DNA of 64,000 nt from Psilocybe cubensis (Eukaryota): positions 2,170,001-2,234,000 of the forward strand of contig CM039007.1 of assembly GCA_017499595.2 (NCBI GenBank), written 5' to 3'. A program made the position numbers and the translations under genes. How positions within the stretch are numbered: the stretch's first letter is position 1; the number at the start of each line of letters is the position of its first letter. Of the stretch, positions 49,238 through 60,300 are shown in pieces. A model generated the notes under the pieces. It saw only the letters and a program-made list of their open reading frames with translations. It was not told the DNA's origin and did no database searches.

Positions 49238-52200
49238 TCAGAACTCTGCAAATCCCACTGCCTCCATATCGTTGACATCCCAAGGCTCCTCTCCATCCTC
49301 TCCTACAAAGCCTTCGTTGTCTTTGTCTTGATCTTCTTGCTCCGATTCATCATCATCTTCCGACTCTGAATTATCCATTGCTGCGGCCTGCTTGGCTGTA
49401 ATAGGGGGATTGGGGTTAGCCTCATTATCAGCAAGTTCTTCGTCAAGATTGGCTGCGTAGAGTCCAAAATATCCTGGTTGCAGATTCTACATATACTCGT
49501 TGGTGCTCTTGTGGCCAACACTGTATCCTAAATAACGTACAAACATATCACGATCCATGAATCTGATTGTTTATTAGCACCTAATATCATGTAAAATAAA
49601 TAAATGAAAGCGGCATACCAATTAACATAATAAAAATTCCAGTCATGGTTGGAATAGTTATTGTCCTCCCAGTAAGCCCTACAAGAAATGGAAGGAGGTA
49701 GAAGGGCATCAGTCATCCCGCAGTTAAATGCAGGAATGATGTGCAAGGCATGGAGTACATCAGAGGGATCCAGGAATCCAAATGTGTCTGGAAAATCACA
49801 ATAGACAAATTTGAGGCAATCCAAACAACATGCAGTCTATCCTGCTCGATAGCAATAGTCTACCTTGTACCATTGCACCCAAAGAAACTCAAAACGTCAA
49901 GTTCTACCTCCATTGTGCTGTATATCAGCATCAAAAATCCCAAGAACACGGGCATACAAATAAGGGTGGTCAGAGTGACTATCTCCGTCCCGCAAAAGTG
50001 TCATAATGTTGCAGTGGTTTCAAGGGTTGATGGAGTCCTGCTCGCGTTGTATATCATATGTTGTATAATTGACACGCAAAACCTTGTAAATGTAGATCCT
50101 ATCACTGAGTATGTTTACCTGGGCACGGTCCTCATCTGAATAAACATGATTTTGTCCTCCATCAGAATGCCCAAGAATGCGAGCGAGGATGTGGTCTTCA
50201 AGTCATGAAACAAAATCCTGGTATTTGTGTGATTATTATCAGCTCAGAGTTGCCGGTATAGTAGACTTAGTCAAACTCTTACCTCAATAACTGCTGCATC
50301 ATCAGAATATTTATCCATAAATTGGTAAAGATACAGCTTATGGTGCCTGCTTGTAGACATTTGGTAGTGCTCGGATGGAGATATAGGGGGCAGGCTTTCA
50401 GACTTGGTAGGGGAGATGATGTAAGGGGGCTTGACATAGGATTTTGTTTTTGAAGCCCTTGGACATTTTTGGGATGACGGAGTGCTAGACTGGGACTTGT
50501 AAGCTTTTGATTTAGCTTTTTTGAGGTTGTTATTTTCTAATTTGGAAACTCGGGCAGCAATAGAGTAGAGCAAATGCTCACGACGCTCATGACGGGAGAT
50601 TTGCCACTCAAATTTGCTTCCCTTATTTGTGCGGACAAAGAAGTGTTTAACACAATGGTGTTCTAGTTCTCCCTAGAAATAGATGATCAGGAAGTGTAGT
50701 AAAATAGAGTAAATATCAAACCCGTTGAGTTGAATACCCTTCTGTAGGGCCAAACATCCAGATTGTTTTGACGTAGTCTCTAAGCGCGTGGAGTTTATAA
50801 GTAAAAAGATTGAGCATTTTTGCGACCTTTGCGTTCAAAGATCCACTTGAAGCTGTCGCTGGCTTTCCCTTCTTTGCATTGTTAGCAGCACGACGGGCAC
50901 GGGCAGCTGTTTCCTTTGGAAGCTTCTTGGTTGCATAAAGCGGACATAGCTTACTGATAAATGCTCAGAGCTCATTGCCTAGTCGCCGAGTAGTCGCATT
51001 GAGTCTAGTGAGTGTTGAGTTTGTATGCATGCATAATTTGGCCAGCGCATGCCATTTGCACAATGTAAACAGGGTATCTTGCAGAATTTTGTCCTGTGCA
51101 GGCGGGAGAAGGCCTTCAAATACTGGGATTGAGCACTGGATTCAACATGTCAATGTTCAATGATATGAACCAATAAAAAATCTATTATACTTACCTGAAG
51201 TAAGTCCTCAAAATCTTTTGCTGCAGGTTTGGTCATGTCTGAGGCATTCTAATGGAAACAATGTATTGTGTTTCTTCCAAACGTGGCCACTTTGCGGTAC
51301 CTGCTGACGTATTAGTAGAAGAAAAAGAATGATAATAGATAATACATACCTCCAGTTAAGACACTGAATTCCATTACCACCCGCGGCCAGGAGAATTCAA
51401 ATCATATGCATAAAGAAAGACTTCCAGACACCGAGTTCAAACTTGTGTAAGAAGTCAGGAACAAACATTGAATGCAAATTAAAGCCAAATTGTGAGAGAC
51501 GGGTAGAAAAAGCATTCTATAAAAAAGTGAATTAATGAATAATGGAGACAAAAGACTGAGCTAGACATACTTGTGTTGGGACAGCCAAGATATCTTGAAG
51601 AATATCTTTGACGCATGTACTTTTGACATCTTTTCCATGTTTGAATATCCACTTTCAGCTATTTTCAATTTTATCACACCGCTGTTGAGTGTCTTGACAG
51701 ATGTGCGACCGGCGCTGGCTATCAACTTTTGTTCCGAGTCCACTAACCCAGCGTTTCTAAATGAAACACTGGGGGTAGACACATTTTGCAAGGTACCGAA
51801 TTGTAGCAAAAAGCACTTTTATAATGAGAGTCAGATTGGTATGGACCCGAGTAAATAAAATGAATTCACTTCTCAGGATAATCGGCGGAGTAGGTAAAGA
51901 ATCAAGGGAAAACACAACGTATGATACCATCAGCATATTTAATAATGATGCCGTGTTCATACACTTCTATAAACTCTTCGTCAAGAAGGATGAGCCATAT
52001 GGCGTGCATCAGTTCCTGCTTCAAATGAGTAATTGTGGCCGCTGTGGCTGTCAGACCATTGTAAGCCTTCATGTAGATGTTTTGAAGGGTTTTTGGGAGC
52101 TATGGAATGATAAAAATCAATGAAATGAAATAAATAAGAAACAAGAACTTGCCGTAGGTAAGTAAGCTATGTGGTGCGCAAAAAAGAAATTTGGATGTGC

Positions 52201-53571
52201 GCGTACGTACTTGGACTGATTTCCAAAGAGAAGGTACAAAGGCCAAAGCAACGCATTACCAAAATTTGCTAGTTGGGTAGAATCTGACCACAGCATCAAA
52301 GCAACAATTGCGATTTCGTGTGCATTGCTGAGATGTACATGTTGATTTTGCTATTTCCGAAGGTCAATGTACTCATTGTAAAATGCATCAGAATTGTAAA
52401 TTTTGGTGATGATACATTCTGGCAAGCTTGAGAGTGAAGGCTTCCAAAACAGCCAATGGGGTGTGAAATGCCATAATTTGGCACTTTCATCCTGCAGTAC
52501 TGCCTTGATAGTGCCTATAAGGCTGCGATGATAAATGTTTGGCACCTCAAGAACCGGCGTCGCATCTTTGAAAGTATGCTGAGACTGCTTGCAAGGAAGA
52601 GGAATCTTCACAGTGGAATTGGTCCACCCCTGTTTATGTTTGAATGTTGATTGTGGCTTTGCCAACTGGCCCATTGCTTTGTCCATCCGGTCTAATTCAC
52701 GTTGTGCACTGAAGTCCTTTAGATGCTCAACACAAAAGTCCTTAGAAAGCAGAACGTCCCGCACCAAGCAATTGAGTTCGCACACAGATTTCAGATTGGA
52801 ATTGCCGTAAAACCAATGCATAAGCTGAAAAACGGTAGCATTTAAGAATGGTGCAAACCAATTGGATGTCAAAGCACTGTCCACTGAGACACCCATGGCC
52901 TTGGCAAGTCAAGAACCCAATTCTTTTGGCAAAGAGATTGCTAACCCCGGTACATTGCAGAGTGTGTTGAGTTCTTCAAAATCATTATCCTTCTTTTTAG
53001 GAAAGGTCAAATATTCACGGTACATCCCAAACTCATTTGGCAGAGTTTGGACAACTGTGGGCTCAAACAATAGAGCCGCCGGCTCAGGAGTTGGCTTGCG
53101 TGGAAGTGCGCGCCTGGGCGGAGGACAGACACAAGGAACTAGAGGAGGCATGTGAGGCACACACATTGATGAGTTTAGCAAAAAATCAATGTGCTTCTTT
53201 GGATATTTGCAAGTACGCCCTAAACGCATGGGAGGAGGAACAAATGGAGCCGGCTTGGGGGAAGTAGGGCACGGTGGGTCAATTATATCTGCTTCTTCAT
53301 ATGTTGCAGGAATATCTTCCGACTCGGCTTCCTAGAAATTGTTAGTTAGTATAATATATATCAATATGGAAAATCATACATTATCTGGTTGATTCTCCTT
53401 GCTTGCTTTGGCATCTAGCTTAGCATGTTTTGCACTTCTAGTGTCCCAGTTAAGATCTACCGGTTTGCAGACAAGTTCACAATCTACTTGCATAAAAACA
53501 CAGGTGATTTGGTGGATTCTAACTACATGTTTGGTGCTGAACCTTTGCTTGCATGCGTCACAGATTGCCAT
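49238..53571 (-). pseudogene. Decayed Plavaka-type (CACTA-related) transposase gene, intron-containing
   Basis: 'MLWSDSTQLANFGNALLWPLYLLFGNQSKY..HHIAYLP', 'WFAPFLNATVFQLMHWF', 'NLFTYKLHALRDYVKTI..FGPTE', 'FGFLDPSDVLHALHIIPAF' and 'DWNFYYVN', plus N-terminal 'CDACKQRF..H'. Stops and frameshifts throughout. Confidence 0.85.
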
Positions 53572-53784
53572 TACAAGAAGAAAAAGATAAAAATTGTGCT
53601 GTATAGCAGCATAAGTTGCACCACAAAGATGGAAAAGCGGTGAAAAGGAACACGTACATAGCGCGTCAGACTCCGGAGTGGAGTCACGTGGCCGTATTCA
53701 TCGGGATTTCTTGGGTAAGCCTGAGACCACGTCTTTTGCTTCCAACCCATCATCATTTCCCTCTCAGCTCTGCACCAGGACTCC

Positions 53785-55409
53785 ATGTCTTTTGCATTGC
53801 AGGCTGCCTTGGCCAATAACATGAAAAAACGAGAAAAGATGTGACCAACAACTCTAATACCAACAATAGCAGCTCGTAAGATACAGACAAGGACCATAAC
53901 AATGAGGTTATCATCAAAAAAAGAAAGAAGGCTTTGAAAGTCACCTTTTGTCAAAAGACTTCTCAAAAGAAATTAAAAACTTCGTGAGTAATTTATTCTC
54001 TTAATAGTTGCTATTTAATACACATTGATCTCATTTAGTGGGGTGCTTGAGCCATTCATGCACCATGCTACATGGCATATACGCAATGGCACCATCTACA
54101 CAAACTGGGAACATATAATCTTTACTGGATTGAAGGCTAACAAGGAAAAATTTGGCAATCTTACGCCGGAAGAGTAAGTCAGCTTGTTGTTACCATATTT
54201 AATATCTTTCCTTTAACCTTTTTACCTTATTAGGTTTGCGGCAAAGCACAAAAAGGCTTTGGCAACATATGAAGAGCTACGGGACGCAATCCCCACTTTT
54301 GACAAAAATATGAAGACCATAGGGCAGGATCCAGACTACTTAAACCGACTTTGCAAAATGGTACATGTATAACATTCATTTTATTTTTTATTTGATGTTC
54401 TACCCTCCATCTAGATGATTACTGCTGCCGGAACAGCTCGGTCAAACAACATCTCAAGTCTTAAGAAGAATGCACTCACCTATGCTGCGCTGTGCCTTCC
54501 AGAAGGTCGACTGGAACCTCCGATCAATCCCAACGACTCCAAGAAGACGACTCGGGGCTTCAAGCATCCCCAATTTGGTGCGCTTTTAGTTCCCGCCAAC
54601 TGCTTTAAGCAGTATCAGAATGATCCAGAGTGAATACCCCATACTTCCATACTTGTTATACTTATTCAATTTTTCTAGATATCATCAAAAACTGATGCTT
54701 AACAAAGTTACCATCAAGGCAAAGGCTATGCCGCACCTAATATATCTATTCGATAAGTATGATCCCAAGCATATTTTGGAGGGAATGTTTATGGCCCTAG
54801 CATTGGTTGCGGTATGACCTCTTGTATGTGTGTTTCTTACTACTTATCTATTTCACTAGGTTTTTCAACACATTTTCATGTCACCATCCTCGGCTCTGAA
54901 GACGCCAGGTGCTAATTGCACCGGGATTGGGAAGGCTTGGAAACATCACATGAAGTTGGTGACTATACCAAACATTGCGTATACTTGCACACATGTACGT
55001 TCTACTTTTCATAGATTGCATATATTAATCTATTTCTCAGTATCAGTACGCCATCTCCAGATGCATGGACTGGCGTCAAAACAACCAACATTTCAACTAT
55101 GAAGAGTTTTATATTGAGGTTGTAAAGATGCTGGAGTGGGCTCGAGACAATGACCCCAAGTGGTGGTCGGATTTTATTACGTGGTGGAACGTGTGCATAG
55201 TTGTTTTTAACAATTCACCTCACTTAACAATTCATTCCAGCCAAGTGTTTCCTATTGATAAAGACTCCGTTACTGAGAGTAGTTTGTCCGACAAAGAGGC
55301 AACAACGTCTACCTTCAAAAAAATAAAGGCTCAGGTGAAGGCCAGCCACACAGAGAAGGCCGACTTTGTTGACCCTGCGCTATCATACCCCAATTCTGAT
55401 TGGAGATGA
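53785..55409 (+). pseudogene. DUF6698-type gene (TE-associated, agaricomycete), multi-exon, partly decayed
   Basis: 'ARSNNISSLKK..EPPI..TRGFKHPQFGALLVP', 'YDPKHILEGMF', 'FQHIFMSPSSA', 'VTIPNIAY' and 'FNYEEFYIEVV..WWSDFITWWN.QVF'. GT-AG introns; stop codons in the first exon. Confidence 0.7.
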
Positions 55410-56999
55410 GATGTTCATTTTAGATCTATACACGACATCTTCAACCCAAGCAGTCATTCTTTCTATAAGTCATCCACACATCTTATCTTATCAACACTTG
55501 TCACATGAGAGCCACGCTATTCCGGATCATGTTACTTCGTTGGATCATCAAGGCTATGCGATGGATCAGTCAACTATCAAATTGTACAGCACTCTATACT
55601 GCCTTGCATAGCCGGACTGTCAACTCTATTTTTATCAATTCAGCGTCAGACTGCGGATTACTCATTCCAACTTATTTTTGGTTTGTCTTACTTATTCTTT
55701 TGTGTTTATTTATATCTTTTCTATTGTTTGTTGCACTTTTATTGTCTTTGTCTTACCAATCTTCTATGCTTTCTGACTCATCCTTGCTTCTTTTATCTAA
55801 TCTGTATTACCATTCACCTTTGTCGTGCACTTCTTTTTTACTCATCCTATTCATTTCTTATCTGTCGTTGTGTTGATATTGACATGTTTTATTGTTCTTA
55901 CTTATTGTTACATTTGCATAGCCTCATTCTTGACACTTTGTACAGTATATGACTTGGTTTTCAGTAGCTCAGATTGGTATTTTGTTCACGTAGCTTTTAG
56001 TATAAAAGCTGTAGTAGAATTACACGAAATGACAGGAAAGTTACACCCAGTTCCCACTTTCTTCAAAGCAAGTCAATTTTCATCCAAGTCAAGTCAATTT
56101 CAAGTCAATCCACATTGATTCATTTCAATTCCAAGGTCAAGTTCAAGCCCAATCCCAAACCCAAGTCCAATTCAGTCATCAGTTCCACCCTCCGTCGAAA
56201 CCAAGTTTACCTCCATTCATTCAAAGTCATCTTGCTTTCCATTGACAGAGAATTTCTTCCAAGACCAGTCCTCCTTCTCCTCCAACGCCTCTTCTTCCCA
56301 GCATTGATTATCCCACGTCTATCCAGACTTCCAGTACTCCCTACTTCCTCTCCCCCATCCAATCCGTCACTGCTCCTACTCTTTCTACACCTTCCAACCA
56401 TTGCCATTTGGAGAGGATCCAAGACTTTCTTTCCCTCTGTCAACTCATTTGGAGTGATTTTATTCGAGACAGACTTAGTCTTTCTCCCTCGATTCAATCT
56501 ATACTCCCGCAACGTATAGCTTCATTCCAAACTTCAGAAAGATTGTCAATTTAAAGACACTTTCACCTTTACTATCCCAAGATTCAGCCCTTTAACAATG
56601 TTCCAACTCCCAGTCATCTCCTCATTTCCCCTCGAAATGTTTCCCACTCACTTCAGACCACCCCTCTAAGATTCACATTTATTGATTTTTCATACGCATT
56701 CTATGCACCTTCTTCACGCTTTCCCTATACACCCACCATCCAATTTCACAGTTTCATTCCATTTTCAGAAGGCTTGTTTACCATCGTACCCAGACAACCC
56801 AGTTATCCTCTTCTTATCATTTTACTTTCTTTACCCTTCACAATCCACACCATCCTAATCTACTTAAATCCTAGGCAATGTCCTCCCTTAAGAAACTTAG
56901 GAGAAGGTTTTGTCCTATCCAGTCTGGACCACTCTTTCCCTGGGGTTTGTGTTTGTTGGATTACTTATAGTTTATAACCAATCACAAACTTCGATCTTC

Positions 57000-59560
57000 A
57001 GCGAGAGCGCAGAGCCCTGGCCTATTCCTACATCCGCCTGGCAGAGAAGAGAGACAAACTTGCCCTATGCATACTGCGTGAGCCAGCCAACAAGGTAACT
57101 AGCAAAAAAATCAATAAGGTTAATACTAAATCCTAGCTTGCGCATGATAGCCAAGAGAACATCATGGTTGAGAAAAAGGAAGAACTGAGCAACATCAAAA
57201 GCAACAACACTAGTCTTGAGCCCCTTGGCCCACCCCGCCCACACTAAATGCATCAGAATGAGCCCGGCATCTTTGGGAAACCGCTGTTGCACAGTGGTAA
57301 CTTGCGCTGCTGGACCTAGGACATCAGGTCCCAGGTGCACTTGTTGACTTTAGAAATTTCTGAGATGTGACTATCAAAGAACTTGCGTTTTGCAGCCTTG
57401 CAGGCCTTATGAAAGGTTTTCCAGTCATCTGGTGCACTAGTTGCACGCCACAACTAGAGAGCGATAGAGCAGCTGTTGTTCCACCACTTCTTAGAGCGGC
57501 GGACTATAGTGACCTCTCTGGAGCATGAATCCCAGGCACAGAAAAGACATCAGCAACAGCTTGTGCTGCCACATCAATCTGGTCGGGGTTAGTAAAAGGG
57601 CCTACAGTTATGCAGCTGAGCCCTGCCTCAATGCACTTGATAAAAAGATTAAATGTCTCCTTGTCAGATTTCATTGCACGGCAAGGGACAGCCCCTGTGT
57701 TCCGCAAGATAGATAATGCGGTGGCAATTGAGATGTGATCCAATTCCCCCATATAGTCATGCACCCAAAAGGCCTGAGAGGTCAGGAGCTGGTCCAGAGG
57801 CACAAATACAAGGTTAATCACACTAGCACAATGTTCCTTGATCTGCGAAAAGTGGGTAGGCCCCGTTTTCACAAAGAACATCTGCTGTAGCCCAACTTCC
57901 GCAGCAAATATGGTAAGATTAGTGGCAGCCGCCAAGTGCCTAGGAAACCCCACCTATATAAACACAGGGAGGAAGAGTAGCAGCCAGACCCTTACAAAGG
58001 TTGATGGCAGTATGTCTGTTGTTGGAGTATATATTCAGGAGGTTGTAAGACTCGCCGTGGGAGAAAAGAGTCAGGATAAGCACATCATGGTGATCAACAA
58101 GATTGCAATGCATAGATGATCAGTACACACTCAGGCAGTTAGACATATAGGCCATGATATGAGAGCGTGTATCAGGTTTAGGTGTGCACACCATGGGCAG
58201 CCATGCTGGGTGCAGTAGAGCGCCAATAACATTATCACCTTTCTTTGCAGTGGTAAAGGGTGCAATACAGACAAAACACCATGGGGGCTCTTGAATAAAG
58301 AGAATGTTATATATCTTGTTACAATGTTCTAGGATAGTTTCTGAGCTAAATGAGGACTTTGCGCAATTAAAACAAACTATTCTAATGGGCAGTTTAGGAA
58401 TGGCTTAACTCATTTTAAGAAGTGCGAATTAGAGGAGGCCCACAGTGTTGAGCAGAGTGCTCACGTGCCTGGTGATAGGCTTTGATATACCAATCTGGGT
58501 TAAACCAATGGCGCCAAAAGGGTGCAAAACTTATTGAGCGCAGCATGCAATTTGCCACAGTTGGGGCAGCGAGGAGTGTGCGGGCACTCCTTCCCCTCGG
58601 GTGTAGGGAGAATTGGTGGATCCACATTGGGATTGCCCTTGCAGCACTTTGCAACAGCGCAATGCTCCTCATTCTTGTGGAGACCAGAGCAGCGAGGGCA
58701 CTGCATAGCGGGTGCTCTATACTGGATCTAAGGGTAACCCTACCTCCAGCACCGTATGCAAAGGGGAACACAAGACCTCAAGGAGCATTAGTGGAAGAAA
58801 AAGACTGTGCGCACCCCGACAACAGGGTAGAAACCTTTCTACCTCTGATAGTATCATCAGGGAGCGCAAATATATTCGTGACATACTCAATGGCTAGCAA
58901 TGTCTCTGCATCTGAGTAATGGCCAAAGTAGCCAGTAAATGTGCCTCTCATCATTTCAACAAGGGCGGAGAAAATCTGTCTCTTGATTTCAGTAGGAAGT
59001 GACTCATTACCCCCCAGGCCCACCTACTGATAGAGTCTAGTGCATCTCTGACCCTCCTTGCATTACTGTCCTTCTCTTCTATGGCGTATCTGAGGTAGAG
59101 TGGGGTGGGGCCGGATTTATTCTCCTCATCCAAGGGCGGGGCAACGCCCTGAGTTGAGGTGGACAGGGTTTGGTCTCTAGCTGCTACACCTGAGTGTGTG
59201 TGCAACCGCTTGTTACTGAGAACAATTGAAAGCAATCAGACTGGGTGCTCCTAGCACAATAAGTGTCAGGAGTGGGCCCAATAGCATAGCGGTCCCTAAC
59301 AGAGGGAAGGCTTGTGATAGGAGTGGGCAATGAAGCCTGTGTGATTCCTGCTCCGCAGGAATAGCACCTTGCTAGAGGTCTGCGACCATGCGAAACAGTG
59401 ATCTCCTGCCAGGGTTTGGTTTGGGCAGCATTCAAAGGACATCCTTGAAAAGTGCCTAGCGTTGTGTTGATGAGTATTAAAGACTTGGTAGTTGTTGTGC
59501 GGAACAATAAGAGCAATACTGAGTGATATTCCCACGGTGAATACATGGTGGTAATAGATA
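57000..59560 (-). mobile_element. Decayed, 3'-truncated Tad1-like LINE (ORF1 + APE endonuclease + partial RT)
   Basis: ORF1 knuckles 'CPRCSGLH..HC..CC' and 'CPHTPRCPNCGKLHAALNKFC'. Endonuclease 'NILFIQEPPW'. RT 'TSVVAFDVAQFF' and 'GIGQGSALS', after which similarity stops at ~57005. Many stops and deletions. Confidence 0.85.
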
Positions 59561-59574
59561 AAGAAGCAATGCTT

Positions 59575-59859
59575 GGAGTGTCTACTGGACTTATGTCAAA
59601 GTTTGAAACTCTTTTCACTTTTTCTGCAAGTGCATTACCTCCCAATTCAGGAGGGAACTTTACTGGCTTCAATTTTAACAATGATGAGGACAACTCTACT
59701 CCAATTCCTATCATTAAGCCAGAAATGCCTATTGCGCCTCCTGAACAGCCAGCTAAATCTCCACAGCCTAAGGTTGTTCCTGCACCCACGTTTAAAGCCT
59801 GCACATTGCTAGCATGCTCCAGTTTATTTTGCAATATTGAGACACACTACTCGTGTTCC
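59575..59859 (+). mobile_element. Fragment of an older Copia copy (integrase-RT linker), same family as element 2, opposite orientation
   Basis: 'STGLMSKFETL..PPNSGGNFTGFNFNNDEDNSTPIPIIKPEMPIAPPEQPAKSPQP' aligns with 'STGPMPKFDLL..PPNSGGDSNGFNFDDDEDDSTPSPVIEPEVPIAPPEQPAEPPQP' of the 60301-64000 ORF (reverse complement of ~61967-62250). Confidence 0.9.
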
Positions 59860-60237
59860 TGTTGAAGCAGGCAAGCTCGGGGCAGTGTGAGCTACTCGGC
59901 GACCTAGTTATAGAATGTAGGGCGCAGGGATAAGCGAGCACGAAGCGTCTGAAGTCCGAAGTGAGTAACTGGGTGAATTGAGCAAAGTGCTAACAAACTA
60001 ACCTGAAGTCCGAAGTGAGTAACTGGGGACTTCAGGATGTAAACTAGAGTGACTATATACTATGTAGACTCAAGTACTCTGGTCTACCTAGGTCTACTCT
60101 GGTCCAGTCCAGACCAGTCTATGGACTGATAAATATCATGTTTCTAGAATGGTCTGGAGAGCAAATGAAGATAAGAAGAAAGTAATCTAATCTGATAAGA
60201 TAGCAAAGTGAGGGAGACATAGAGAGCAGTTTTAACA
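59860..60237 (-). repeat. 3' LTR of Copia element 2
   Basis: Minus strand: polypurine tract (~60238-60246) then TGTTAAAAC...CTTCAACA, about 378 bp, just downstream of the pol stop. The partner LTR is outside the window. Confidence 0.85.
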
Positions 60238-60300
60238 CTCCCCCCTGTTCTGACAAGTCTCCAGAACAAAGAAAAATAAAGCAAAACAGAGAAAGAAAGA

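Noticed and set aside
55505..56118. Hydrophobic ORFs resembling membrane proteins (also 24775-25255, 31360-31672, 41209-41496)
   Set aside because: T-rich or purine-rich low-complexity UTR-like sequence produces F/L/V-rich translations by chance.
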